Shown here piece by piece: positions 28,575 through 38,078 of a DNA stretch of 54,697 bases. The DNA lies in the IMG/VR virus record IMGVR_UViG_3300049926_000074, positions 1-54,697 of that record; one strand, given 5' to 3'. A program made the translations under genes and the position numbers. The notes under the pieces were generated by a model. That model made no database searches, was not told the DNA's origin, and was given only the letters and a program-made list of their open reading frames with translations. The stretch comes from a virus. Lineage: Duplodnaviria; Caudoviricetes. Each line of letters begins with the position of its first letter. Position 1 is the stretch's first letter.

Positions 28575-30194
28575 CTAGCGGTAGGCGCCGAAGAAGGCGG
28601 GAGGCGGAGCCAGGAAGCCGTCTTCGATGGCTTGCCCGCGGGCATGGTGGGCGAGCACGGCGGCCACAGCCAGGTCGATGAGCATTCCGTCGCCGCGTTT
28701 GGCCATCTTCAGGTAGTGGGTGGCGACGTTGTCTTCCTCGCCAGGCCGAGCCTTCTTCTTGCCGCCCTTAACCAACACGGCGTTCTTCATGTGTCGGGCC
28801 AGGCTTGGCGAGCCGTCGTGCGTGATCTCGCCCTCGGCGAAGGAGGTCTGGAACCGCTCTATCGCCTTGTCCATGCGTTGCTCGACGTTGGTCGGGAACT
28901 CCACGATCTTGTCGGGGAAGGCCGCGGACCAGTTGTCGAGGTAGTCCTGCCATCGGTACGGGTCCGCGAACAGGTAGCTGACCCGATATGCCGCGAACGT
29001 GTCGCGGACTACGCGGTCCACCTCGGCGCCCGGAACTTTCCAGTCCTTCGGGGCATCGGGTGGCCGCTCCCAGACCCGCAGACAGAACAGGCGGCCGTCG
29101 GACAGCCGGGACGCGACCAACGCGGTCGCATCGTGGTACTTCGAGCCGTCGAAGCCCAGCGCGATCGCTTCGTCCTTGACTAGTGGCGCGTCATCAAGGC
29201 CGGCCAGGGCCCAGCGGATCGGGTCAACGAACACCGACTCACCGACGACGATCTCGTTCAGGAAGAACCGGCGCCGATCAGCCTCGAGGTGTCGGGCCGA
29301 TCGGACCTCGTGGAAGATGCGGCCCTTGATGTTCACCCAGCCGCCGCGCTCGCGTGCGGAGTCGCCGTACTGGCGCATCAGCTCCGCATACAACGCCTCG
29401 TCGTCCTGGAGGTCCTCGACGCGGTGCGGCTCGACGGTGTCGACATATACCCGCTCGTCACCGGACTCCGCGGTCACCTGCGCCTCGGAGCCCTCCGTCG
29501 GGTCCCAGGCGTTGGTGAGCTCCAGCCAACGCCCATCCATGCCGGCGACGTTGCGCTTCACGGCGCCACACACTTTCCGGTGCCCGCCCTGCAGGGTGAA
29601 CAGGTGGGACTCGGTGATCGTCACGAACGACATCGGCGCGCCAAGGCGGGCCCGGGCGCTCGTCGTGACTGGCTCGATCTTTCCGCCCGAGGGGAGGTTG
29701 ACCCGCGTCTCGCCGGCATCCATGCCGGGCAGGTTGATCAGCGGTCCGAGCCGAATCATGCTCAGCAACGGCCGCCAGGTGTTGTCCGTCTGGTCCTCGC
29801 TGGTGCCAAGACAGGCCATCAGCGGCGTTGGGTACGGAGCGCCGACCGGCTCACCATCAGCGTTCCAACCGTCGAACCGGCCAGGGCCGAGCGCCTCGCC
29901 GAGAATCATCCCGGCGCCGAACGGGTCCTTGCCCCACTTCTGGCTGCGTCGCAACTGGCCGCCGGTGAATCTCAGCGCATCCGGCGCGGGCCAAGGTTCG
30001 GCATACGGGTACAGGCGATAAAAGTGGATCAGGAACTTCCACATCTCGTCCGTCAGCAGGAATGGCTCACCCTGCCGGTAGCCGTCCGGGATGACGACGT
30101 GCGCTTCGATCCATTCGCCCATGTCGTACCCGAGCGTTGGGAACTCACCCGGCTCATTGGGACCGCGCCAGCCGGAGCCTCTGCGCCGCGGCAT
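28575..30194 (-). CDS. terL: Terminase large subunit
   Basis: RSQKWGKD Walker A variant, GFDGS..DATA and IDLAVA nuclease motifs. Confidence 0.92.
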   Translation of the reverse strand: MPRRRGSGWRGPNEPGEFPTLGYDMGEWIEAHVVIPDGYRQGEPFLLTDEMWKFLIHFYRLYPYAEPWPAPDALRFTGGQLRRSQKWGKDPFGAGMILGEALGPGRFDGWNADGEPVGAPYPTPLMACLGTSEDQTDNTWRPLLSMIRLGPLINLPGMDAGETRVNLPSGGKIEPVTTSARARLGAPMSFVTITESHLFTLQGGHRKVCGAVKRNVAGMDGRWLELTNAWDPTEGSEAQVTAESGDERVYVDTVEPHRVEDLQDDEALYAELMRQYGDSARERGGWVNIKGRIFHEVRSARHLEADRRRFFLNEIVVGESVFVDPIRWALAGLDDAPLVKDEAIALGFDGSKYHDATALVASRLSDGRLFCLRVWERPPDAPKDWKVPGAEVDRVVRDTFAAYRVSYLFADPYRWQDYLDNWSAAFPDKIVEFPTNVEQRMDKAIERFQTSFAEGEITHDGSPSLARHMKNAVLVKGGKKKARPGEEDNVATHYLKMAKRGDGMLIDLAVAAVLAHHARGQAIEDGFLAPPPAFFGAYR

Positions 30195-30613
30195 CAGCCG
30201 ACCGCCTTGACGCGACCTCTCGCGCTGGTGGCCGCCTTCGCGTCGCGCTTCTCGGCCACCTCGTCAGTGACGACCTGCCACAACAGCATTCGCATCGACT
30301 TCGGAGTCAGACCGAGGCGGTCCTCGAGTTGGCGGGCCTCCGACATGCAGTCCTTGTTGAGTTGCTCGGCGCCCACGAGCGTTCGGGCATAGCGGGCCAC
30401 GACGCGCTTCCAGCCGAGGCGTTCCCATTCAACAGCCTGAGGTGTCTTCCAGAGTTCGCGCCAGATCGTCAGCTCGCGCTTCGTCAACTCTGGATCATCG
30501 GAGGTGCCCAGCGGCCAGGTCGGCGTCGCACCCTTGCGGCCCTCGGCCGGCAGCAGGAGCGGGCCGACGCGCACGTTGCGCCGGACCGGATCAGTTTTGG
30601 GAGTCGCGGGCAT
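30194..30613 (-). CDS. terS: Terminase small subunit
   Basis: WRELWKTPQA, EARQLEDRLGLTP; TGATG overlap with terL. Confidence 0.85.
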   Translation of the reverse strand: MPATPKTDPVRRNVRVGPLLLPAEGRKGATPTWPLGTSDDPELTKRELTIWRELWKTPQAVEWERLGWKRVVARYARTLVGAEQLNKDCMSEARQLEDRLGLTPKSMRMLLWQVVTDEVAEKRDAKAATSARGRVKAVG

Positions 30614-30740
30614 GACTCACCCCCGGCGCAGTCCAGATCGTGGGAACCGTACAGACGGCGAGAAGCCTGATCGTGGGGTCGCGGGTCGAGGCACATTTCC
30701 GTGTCGACCCCACCCCGGGGTCCTGCTCACATCTACGCAT
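30614..30740. other. Probable packaging (cos) region
   Basis: Non-coding gap between HNH and terS; G/C tracts; CCCACGATC repeated on the minus strand. Confidence 0.4.
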
Positions 30741-31059
30741 GTGATTTGCGTGAGTTGCATGATCTACATAGGACTATGAGTTCCTGCTCCTCACTGCCAC
30801 CACGCACCACCTCGACCGGGTGGTCTGCCGTGAGGTCAGTAGAGGGATGAGGATCTATCAGATAGCCGGGGCATACATGCCCATAGGTACGTATCCACTG
30901 TGCTACTGCCTGTGCCCTACGTTGCTTCTCCGCCCACGTGTATGGGCGGACATCACGCTTGCTCTGCAGGGTGGCCCTGCTACGGACCCTCCTGTGGGAG
31001 GGGCATCTGGTGCCCCTGGATATGGCCCCACAGTCCAGACATGCCTTCAGTGGGGGCAT
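30733..31059 (-). CDS. Packaging-associated HNH endonuclease (HK97 gp74-like)
   Basis: CLDCG..RCPSH, TADH, LCRSCNSRK; just upstream of terS. Confidence 0.85.
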   Translation of the reverse strand: MPPLKACLDCGAISRGTRCPSHRRVRSRATLQSKRDVRPYTWAEKQRRAQAVAQWIRTYGHVCPGYLIDPHPSTDLTADHPVEVVRGGSEEQELIVLCRSCNSRKSHA

Positions 31060-31229
31060 GAGAGTGGGGCTTCCGGGAGAAGGTCTCTGCTGGGGGCCTG
31101 CCCTACCAGGGAGGAGCATGTCGCCTCCCGAAGTTCCCGGCAGGCCCGATCTACGTCGACGTGCCAACGCCAGAAAACGAGCTTGCCCGCCAGCCAGGAA
31201 CTCTCATCCAGGAAGGCGGCGCGGAAACC

Positions 31230-31262
31230 GCGAAGGTCCCGCGAGTAGTACGGGACCTTCGC
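31230..31262. terminator. Strong hairpin
   Basis: GCGAAGGTCCCG / CGGGACCTTCGC. Confidence 0.65.
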
Positions 31263-31276
31263 CATGACCGGATTGC

Positions 31277-31783
31277 TCAGACGTCCGGGGTGACTTCTTC
31301 CGGAGCGCCCGCGACGATCTCGAACGTCGCGACGTCTCCGGCGACGACCTGGAACGCGAGCACGCCCTGTCCGCCGGTCGTACCGTCGGCCTTCGTCGCG
31401 GTCGCGGTCACGGTGGCTACGCCCAGCGCGCCAGTCGCGGCGGCTTCGGCGGTGCCGTCGCCGTTGTCGGTGAGGGCGACGATCGACGAGTCGTCCACGC
31501 TGAACGCGAAGGTGCCGTCGAACGTGGCCGGGTTGCCGATCTCGTCCTCGGCGCTGATGGACAGAGCGACCTTCTTGTCGGCCTGGAGATCCATGTGCAG
31601 GTCCACCTTTCCTGGCGGGTACTTGTAGACCGGCGGCAGTCCTGCCGTCCGGTCGGCTGGTGTGGTGTCTCGGACTGCGCCGACCGTCCACACGAGGTGC
31701 AGCGGGGCAGGTGGTCGCAGGCCGGGGATTTCGGCACCGGCCACGAGGACCAGATCGCCGAACGGGATCCGCAGCATGGCCAC
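31277..31783 (-). CDS. Ig-like domain protein
   Basis: DEIGNPA, SVDDSSIV, GVATVTATA; GGAGG+GTG. Confidence 0.65.
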   Translation of the reverse strand: MAMLRIPFGDLVLVAGAEIPGLRPPAPLHLVWTVGAVRDTTPADRTAGLPPVYKYPPGKVDLHMDLQADKKVALSISAEDEIGNPATFDGTFAFSVDDSSIVALTDNGDGTAEAAATGALGVATVTATATKADGTTGGQGVLAFQVVAGDVATFEIVAGAPEEVTPDV

Positions 31784-31832
31784 GGTGTCCTCCCGTCTGA
31801 TGGTTGGGCGGGAAGTCCCCAGAGACGACGAA

Positions 31833-31906
31833 TGCCCGGCCTCGAAATGAGGTCCGGGCAGAGTGGTGACACCGCACATGATCCGTCGCGTGATCATCCG
31901 TGTCAA
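31833..31906 (-). promoter_or_regulatory. Putative late promoter (TTGACA) followed by a hairpin
   Basis: TTGACA at 31906-31901; ATGATC..GATCAT dyad; TGCCCGG/CCGGGCA stem at 31833-31860. Confidence 0.45.
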
Positions 31907-32067
31907 GCAGCCACCCGGTCGGGCTCGCGATACCTCTGACCGTCTGGTCCGTCCTGACACTTTCGGTCAGGGCACGAAGTGCAGATCGGCCCACCGTCGG
32001 CGTCGAGCCGGAAGCGGTGGCTATCCGCATGATGCCCGCATAGCTTGCAGATCGGTTCCTCGCTCAC
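31903..32067 (-). CDS. Small Cys/His protein (54 aa; not in ORF track)
   Basis: GTGA overlap with upstream stop; CKLCGH..H..CTSC..C. Confidence 0.55.
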   Translation of the reverse strand: MSEEPICKLCGHHADSHRFRLDADGGPICTSCPDRKCQDGPDGQRYREPDRVAA

Positions 32068-32801
32068 GCCGCAATCCTCTCAAGTACGTCCAGCACGTCT
32101 CCGACCCGATACAGCGGCCGGTCGCGCTGGTCCCGCCCATGGGCCAGCAGTCGCCCGCGACGCACGTACCCGTAGATCATGTCCGCCGTCACGGGCTCAC
32201 CCAACGCGCTGGCCGCCGACGCGATCCACCCGGCGTGTGCCAGGACGTCACGCGCCTGCTCCAGCAGCCACGCCTTACGCTCCCGGGCGTCGTACGTCGC
32301 CCCGCAGTCCTGACACCGCACCGTTGCCGCCAGCGTCGCCGCGTAGAGCTCACTGCCGCACGCGCAGGGTCCGGCGTACCACCGGGGCACCGGGATGTCG
32401 ATCGTGCGCCTGACGAGCCGACACGCGTAGTCCAGCTCGTCGAACGCCTCCTCGGCCTCGGGCCGGTACCGGAGCCAGCCCGTCTGTCCGGCCAACCAAG
32501 CCGCCGCCTCGCCGTCGATGGCCTTGCCGCGTTCCTCGCTGACGTGCCGCGCCCAGGTCGTGAACGTGTTATTCACCGCGTCCTCGGCCTCGGCCGCCTC
32601 CAGGTTCACCGGCAGCGGGTTCTCGCCGTTGCCGCGCCCTCCCTGACCGATGCGGTCGAGCCTGGCCACCGTGACGACCAGCTCGGGCATCAGCTCGGCG
32701 GCCACGGTGAGGTCGCGGGCCAGCCGGTCGGCGCAGACGGCGCAGCAGTACGCCGTGTCGGGCATCGGCCGGGCGCAACGAGCGCAGGTGGGCTGGGTCA
32801 C
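32064..32801 (-). CDS. Zn-finger plus C-terminal HTH protein, probable late-gene regulator
   Basis: CARC..CAVC, CAC..CQDC, IYGYVRRGRL..LYRVGDV; last large early gene. Confidence 0.7.
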   Translation of the reverse strand: MTQPTCARCARPMPDTAYCCAVCADRLARDLTVAAELMPELVVTVARLDRIGQGGRGNGENPLPVNLEAAEAEDAVNNTFTTWARHVSEERGKAIDGEAAAWLAGQTGWLRYRPEAEEAFDELDYACRLVRRTIDIPVPRWYAGPCACGSELYAATLAATVRCQDCGATYDARERKAWLLEQARDVLAHAGWIASAASALGEPVTADMIYGYVRRGRLLAHGRDQRDRPLYRVGDVLDVLERIAA

Positions 32802-33019
32802 TCCCGCGCCTCCATCCACTCGTAGCCGCAGGCCGGGCACAGGAACCGCCGGTCGCGGTCGGGCAGGGTCGTGACCTCGACCCGGTCGGCGTGGGCACAG
32901 TCGCTGTCCTCGGTGACCGGAGCGGGCGGGCAATCGCACCATTCGACGCCATCGCTGACCCAGAAGGCACACCAATCCTCATGGTCCTCGGGACGATGCC
33001 CCCTCGGCGGCTCAGCCAC
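32798..33019 (-). CDS. Small Zn-ribbon protein
   Basis: CAH..FLCPACGYEW. Confidence 0.55.
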   Translation of the reverse strand: MAEPPRGHRPEDHEDWCAFWVSDGVEWCDCPPAPVTEDSDCAHADRVEVTTLPDRDRRFLCPACGYEWMEARE

Positions 33020-33365
33020 GGCCGGCCTCCATTTCGCGGCGAGCGATCTCGGCCTTGATCTCGGCCCCACGGGCGAGACCGAGGCGCGGATCGTGGACTG
33101 CGGCCATCTGGGCGCGGCCACACCAGGAGCAGTCCGGGCCGCTGCCGAGCGATGGGTGCGGTTGATCCCGCGCCGTTTGGCATGGGCAGGGATCGGCCGC
33201 CGCCTGTCGCCGTCCTTCGGCCACAGCGAGCGGCCAGACGGCGTCGACAGCGGCCTTGGCTGCCCTGGTCGCGGCGAGCCTTGCCGCCATGTCGTCGTCA
33301 TCGTGGCGGGATGCAATGGCAGCCCGCGCCGCCGCCTCGTACGCGGCCTCGGTGGGCTCAGACAT
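33012..33365 (-). CDS. Hypothetical protein
   Basis: Operon overlaps; CPC..CSWC. Confidence 0.6.
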   Translation of the reverse strand: MSEPTEAAYEAAARAAIASRHDDDDMAARLAATRAAKAAVDAVWPLAVAEGRRQAAADPCPCQTARDQPHPSLGSGPDCSWCGRAQMAAVHDPRLGLARGAEIKAEIARREMEAGRG

Positions 33366-34752
33366 CGCGCACCACCAACGGCTCGCTCCGCAGCGCGATC
33401 GTTGGTGTCGGCCCGGTTGTGTTCATCGCCGTAATCCACTCCGCGTCGTTGCCGCACCGGGGGCAGGGCACTGGTAGCGGCGGCGTGGCGATGTACCCGC
33501 AGCCGCCGTGTCGCCAGAGCCGCTGTGTGCCCTCCTGCGCCTCCACCGTGTCCGTACCCGCCACCGCGCCCTGATCGTCGCCCTGGGGCTCGCTGGGCGG
33601 GCCGGACGGGGCCATCTGGTCGACGGCGCTACCATCGGTCTGCGGCCCGCCCGTGGAGTTGGGAACTTGTGGTGAGAGACCTCTCGTGGGGCGGGCCGCA
33701 TCATGCGCTGCCATCTGGTCGACGGCGGCGATGAGGGCGGCACGGCGAACCTTCTGTTCCTCCAGCCATGCCGAGCAGTTCTCCATGGCCGCGCTGCGCC
33801 CGGACTCGATCTCAACGAACCTCAGGACCGCCTCGACCAACGGGCCGAGGGCGGACCGTTCGGCCTGCGCCGCGTTCCTGGCCTGCCTCATGTTCGCTGC
33901 TGCCGTCCGTGCATGGTCCCGCTTGTCCAGTGCCGCATTCCGTTCGGCCATGAGGTCGTCGACGATCGCGTGCGCCTTGGCCCGGTCGGTGGCGAGCCGC
34001 GCGGCCTCGGCATGGAGAGCGGCGAGGTCGGCGCGGGCCTGGTCCCGTTCGGTCATGGCCTGCGACAGCAGCAGGTCGGACTCCCACTCCGGCAGGCGCT
34101 CGATGTCAGCCTCCTCGACGGCTGGATCTATGGCTAGCGCCGCTCGCAGCCGCCTCAACGCCGGGGCGACGAACCGGGACCACGGCGTCCACTCAGGCCG
34201 GTCGGTCCACCTGGCCTCATCGGTGTACGGAACATCGAGGCGGTCCGCCACAGCGATCAGCGCCGACGTGAGCCCCCGAGCGGCCCGTCCCGCTTCTGCC
34301 CGCTCGCCCTCCAGCCGCGCCACCTCCGCCCGTAGCGTCTCCACCTCGGTCACCAACGCGGCGATGACCGACCGGTGGTCCTCGTTCGGGCAGATGCACG
34401 GGTACGGCAGGTCGAGGTCGTGGGAGCAGAAGCGCAGCCACTTGGTGCGGATGTCCTGGAGGTCGTCGACGGGCTCGGCGGTGGCTGGCGTGGGACCAAG
34501 CCGCTCCAGCACGAACATCACCATCGCGGCGGCGTTGTCCATCTCGTCGCGGACTGGGTGGTGGCTGACGCCATTTCCATCGTCGCACTCCCAGAACTCG
34601 CCGTTGAACTCGCAGAGGCCGGCGTGCTCCTGGGTTTCGGCAGCGGCGATCTGGCCGGGTTCGTAGCCGAGGTGGGCCATCCAGGCATGCGTGATGCGAC
34701 GTGCGCTGTCGGCCAGGTCGGCGTTGGGGTCGGTGATGTCGGGGGCGCTCAT
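33358..34752 (-). CDS. Mosaic coiled-coil hypothetical protein
   Basis: 464-aa ORF coupled to neighbours; several Cys motifs. Confidence 0.65.
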   Translation of the reverse strand: MSAPDITDPNADLADSARRITHAWMAHLGYEPGQIAAAETQEHAGLCEFNGEFWECDDGNGVSHHPVRDEMDNAAAMVMFVLERLGPTPATAEPVDDLQDIRTKWLRFCSHDLDLPYPCICPNEDHRSVIAALVTEVETLRAEVARLEGERAEAGRAARGLTSALIAVADRLDVPYTDEARWTDRPEWTPWSRFVAPALRRLRAALAIDPAVEEADIERLPEWESDLLLSQAMTERDQARADLAALHAEAARLATDRAKAHAIVDDLMAERNAALDKRDHARTAAANMRQARNAAQAERSALGPLVEAVLRFVEIESGRSAAMENCSAWLEEQKVRRAALIAAVDQMAAHDAARPTRGLSPQVPNSTGGPQTDGSAVDQMAPSGPPSEPQGDDQGAVAGTDTVEAQEGTQRLWRHGGCGYIATPPLPVPCPRCGNDAEWITAMNTTGPTPTIALRSEPLVVRDV

Positions 34753-34988
34753 GCCTGCACCTCGGCTTCGATCTGGTCGGCCCGTTCGCGGATCAGCGCC
34801 GAGATGATGGACGGCGGCATCGGGAACGTCGGCCCGTTGTCGACCAGATCGGCGAGTAGTCGGAATGCGACTACCAGGCCAGCGGCCACGATCCTGTCGC
34901 GGTTGGCGGTACCGAGGTCGCGGCCACCCAGGCGCATCGCGGCGTCCTCGGTGGCATCGGCGGCGGGGCCAAGAATCGGGTCGCTCAT
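34749..34988 (-). CDS. Hypothetical protein
   Basis: AAGGAG RBS; ATGA overlap. Confidence 0.6.
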   Translation of the reverse strand: MSDPILGPAADATEDAAMRLGGRDLGTANRDRIVAAGLVVAFRLLADLVDNGPTFPMPPSIISALIRERADQIEAEVQA

Positions 34989-35025
34989 CGTGTCGTCGCT
35001 CCTTCGTGGTCGCGGGTGGTGGCGG

Positions 35026-35715
35026 TCATGCGGGGCTCAGCTCCTCGGCTCGGCACAGGCCGCAATTGCCGGCGGGTTGACCGCGGTGAACGCGGCACTT
35101 CGGCGCCTTGGCGATGCGGGCGGCCTTGGCGACCTGCCAGCGGGCCAGGGTTTTGCGTGCCTCGGCGCAGGCTCCGCACGGCGACGGGTCTGGGTTGTCG
35201 AGGTGCTTTTCGCATCGAGGAGGGGGCTCTGGGCTGGCGGGGTTCGGAGTCGGCGGGTCGGGCTCGCGCGCAGGTACGCGCGTCCCTTCCCTTCCCTTCC
35301 TTTCCCTTCCCTTCCCCGCGATAGCTGTATCGGCATCTTCCGGTAGGACTACGGTAGGAGTAGCGGAGCCATTGACGGTTGCCTTGTCTGGCGGTGGGAT
35401 CCGGCTCGCGGTGGGCTTCTGGATGGCCTGGTGAGCACGCCAATTCGTGATCTCCAGGTAGCGCTGACCGTCCACTTCGTAGCGCACAATGCGCCCGTGT
35501 CCGGCCAGCGTCTCCAGGTCCTCCTCGATGTCGGCGAGTGACACCGGATCCAACGGCCAGATATCCGCCTTGATCAGCCGAGCATGATCCTTCGCACGGC
35601 CCTGGTCGTCGCATTGCGTCCAGAGGCCGATCCATGTCAGGCGCGCACGCAGTGGCAGCGCCGACACGTCGTCAGACCGGAAGAAACTCGGCTTGATCGT
35701 TCGGATACGTGCCAT
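35026..35715 (-). CDS. Replication initiator (DnaD/lambda-O-like N-terminus)
   Basis: MARIRTIKPSFF..RLTWIGLWTQCDDQGR..NWRAHQ; GKGRE linker; C-terminal Cys/His motifs. Confidence 0.85.
   Translation of the reverse strand: MARIRTIKPSFFRSDDVSALPLRARLTWIGLWTQCDDQGRAKDHARLIKADIWPLDPVSLADIEEDLETLAGHGRIVRYEVDGQRYLEITNWRAHQAIQKPTASRIPPPDKATVNGSATPTVVLPEDADTAIAGKGRERKGREGTRVPAREPDPPTPNPASPEPPPRCEKHLDNPDPSPCGACAEARKTLARWQVAKAARIAKAPKCRVHRGQPAGNCGLCRAEELSPA
35284..35362. repeat. CCCTT pentamer tract and 11-bp iteron-like repeats inside rep (candidate origin)
   Basis: (CCCTT)n at 35284-35317; CGGTAGGACTA CGGTAGGAGTA at 35341-35362. Confidence 0.5.
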
Positions 35716-37025
35716 TAGCCGACCGGGTACTCGTTCAGGGGCAGCCCCGGGCGACCGTTGTACAGATTGGGCTTCCAGTGCACGGCGCAGCCGGCCTCCT
35801 TGGCCTGGGCGGTGATGCGGCACACCCACTCCCACGGCGGCGCGAAGGAGGCGACAGTGCCGTCCGGCTGCCTGGTCTCGGTCTGAGCGCCGATGACGAC
35901 CCAGTCGAACATGGACAGGTCGGTGAACTCGAGCGGCTCGTTCAGGGGCTCCAGTGAGAGCCACTTGTGCTTGACGCCATCGATCTTCCTGAAGGCATCC
36001 TCGGCGATCCGAACGCGCTTCTGTTCGTCGACCGACGTGCCAACCCAGGCGTTCGGCGGGAGGTCCAGGCCCACGTACCGGGCCGGGAACTTCGTCAGCA
36101 GCAGGTACTCCCAGAACGGGTTGGCGAGCATCGACGCGTGGACCTGAGCAATCCACTCATCCGGCACCCACCGTCCATAAAGGTCAGCCATGGAGCAGAC
36201 GAACACTCTCCGATATGCGCAGGATGGGCACTCGACAGAGCAGTCGTCCAGCGGATGGCCGCGATGCTTCTCCGGAATCGTCGTGTTCGCGGGCGCGTCC
36301 AGGCGCTCGTGGTGGAAAAGCGGTGTGAACCCGACCGGGAAGCCATCGGTGAACCGGTGTGCGATCGCCCGGGCGTAGCAGTAGGTGCAGCCGTGCAGGC
36401 ACCCGGTGACCGGGTTCCACGACCAGCCAGCCCAGGAGATGCCCTCGCCGTCCGTCTGGTTGAACGTGGCCTTGCTCGCCGGCTGGGGGTAGGGCACCGC
36501 CTCGCCAGTGTTGGTGCGCAGGGTGAGCATGATGGGCGTCGGTCGTGGCGCCGGCGGTTCGACGGGGCCAGCAAACGGCTTCGTGGGCGGGATCATCTTC
36601 GCCGCTATTCGCGTCTCGATCTGCTCAGCGATCTCCGGCGGCAACGGATCGGGTTCTGTGGGTGGGATGAACTCGGGCAGCAGTTCGCCATGATCACGTT
36701 GCCCGTCATTTGACGGCCTAAATGATCTTTCGACGGTGGAGGCGCTGGTTCCCAATGCTCGACCTATGGCCGTAGGGCCCATCTCCGGATAATCCGTCTT
36801 CAGTTGCCGTGCCGCCCAGTCGTAGAGCGTCCCCTGTAGACGGAAGCCTTCGAAGCCCTCGCCGTGCCACCAGTCGGCGAACTTGGCGTATCCCATGCCG
36901 ATCCAGATCTGGCCGTCGATGGCGGCCTGAAGGTCGGCCTCGAGGTTGCCGAGCCCGCGCTTGATTCGGCCGCTAAGGACCTCGGCGTCCGCCGGTGACA
37001 GCACCGGCACCAAAACGTCTGTCAT
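35715..37025 (-). CDS. DUF5131 (Gp37Gp68) radical-SAM-like protein with N-terminal HTH domain
   Basis: SWNPVTGCLHGCTYCYA, VFVCSMADL, LLLTK, SLEPL, DWVVIG. Confidence 0.9.
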   Translation of the reverse strand: MTDVLVPVLSPADAEVLSGRIKRGLGNLEADLQAAIDGQIWIGMGYAKFADWWHGEGFEGFRLQGTLYDWAARQLKTDYPEMGPTAIGRALGTSASTVERSFRPSNDGQRDHGELLPEFIPPTEPDPLPPEIAEQIETRIAAKMIPPTKPFAGPVEPPAPRPTPIMLTLRTNTGEAVPYPQPASKATFNQTDGEGISWAGWSWNPVTGCLHGCTYCYARAIAHRFTDGFPVGFTPLFHHERLDAPANTTIPEKHRGHPLDDCSVECPSCAYRRVFVCSMADLYGRWVPDEWIAQVHASMLANPFWEYLLLTKFPARYVGLDLPPNAWVGTSVDEQKRVRIAEDAFRKIDGVKHKWLSLEPLNEPLEFTDLSMFDWVVIGAQTETRQPDGTVASFAPPWEWVCRITAQAKEAGCAVHWKPNLYNGRPGLPLNEYPVG

Positions 37026-38017
37026 GACGCCTTCCCGTGAATATCGCAGTGGCACTGATGGCAGATCGCGATCAGGTTCTCGGGCACGTCGAACTCACCC
37101 CACGGCGGATACCGCAGGTGATGCGGATCCTTCGGAGGATGCAGCTGGCAACGCTCACAACGCCCCGCGGCGCGGGCGAACACCTCAGTCCGGACCTTCA
37201 GGAATCTCGGGTGTCTCAGGTACTCCGCGTAGGTCGAGTAGGCCGGCCCAGTCTCCAGCGGCAGCGGCAGCGGCACGTTCGTGGCCGCCTGGAGCTCCCG
37301 GCTCGTCAACGTCAGCCGATCCATGATGCGGGCGCCGTGCTCCGTGTCGAGGCGGTGGAAGCCCCGCCGCTTCCACTCCGGCAGGTTCACCCAGTTCGAC
37401 CAGAGGATGAACGTCCACTGCCAAGCGCCGACCGGCTCCCGGATCAGTACGACCTTCTTCGGGATGGCCGCGACGTGGTCCGCCAGTAGTGGGCGGCTCG
37501 GGTCGACACCGCGGCGCCGCTTGTACTGCGTCGCCGATACGTACGACAGCAGGTCCACCTTCGGCAGAAGCGTCGCGGCCCTGCTGAGTAGCTGGTGCGG
37601 GATCTCGTCGCGGATCGGGTCGGAGTAGACAAGCCCGTAGCGGCGGCTCTGCCGTCCCAGGCCATCGAGCCACCGCCCGAATCCGTCCTCGCAGCGGCCA
37701 GAGTGGACGATCGCAGATGGCGAGCCGGCCACCGCGTGCGCCAGCCGCGCAGCGGTCTCGGCATCCTTCTCGAACAGCAATGCCTCGTACGCCAGGTTCA
37801 GCCGTCGCGCGGTCTCATCGACTATCAGCGGACTGCCGAGGAAGCGGCGGTCGCCGAATTCGAGGTGTCCGGGTCCGGCGTAGAGGTCGGCGTATAGGTA
37901 GGTCGGTCCGCCGTACTTGGCGAGGATCGACTTACAGATCTGCATGTGCATGGCCATGATGCCCGCGAAGTCGTGTTCCTTCTCCTCGGTTTCGGCGCTA
38001 ATCCATGAGTCGCTCAT
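37022..38017 (-). CDS. tcmP: TcmP-like SAM methyltransferase fold fused to a C-terminal HNH nuclease
   Basis: YADLYAGPG..GSPL, LFEKD, YSDP; then CERC..HH..ENLIAICHQCHCDIH. Confidence 0.75.
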   Translation of the reverse strand: MSDSWISAETEEKEHDFAGIMAMHMQICKSILAKYGGPTYLYADLYAGPGHLEFGDRRFLGSPLIVDETARRLNLAYEALLFEKDAETAARLAHAVAGSPSAIVHSGRCEDGFGRWLDGLGRQSRRYGLVYSDPIRDEIPHQLLSRAATLLPKVDLLSYVSATQYKRRRGVDPSRPLLADHVAAIPKKVVLIREPVGAWQWTFILWSNWVNLPEWKRRGFHRLDTEHGARIMDRLTLTSRELQAATNVPLPLPLETGPAYSTYAEYLRHPRFLKVRTEVFARAAGRCERCQLHPPKDPHHLRYPPWGEFDVPENLIAICHQCHCDIHGKAS

Positions 38018-38078
38018 GACACCTCCTCTCGGTGGTAGGTAAGGACTTGCGACCGTAGAGCGCGGCCAGGTTCGACCG

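Noticed and set aside
31047-31266. Possible ORF MAKVPYYSRD..
   Set aside because: No clear RBS and its start lies within a strong terminator-like hairpin
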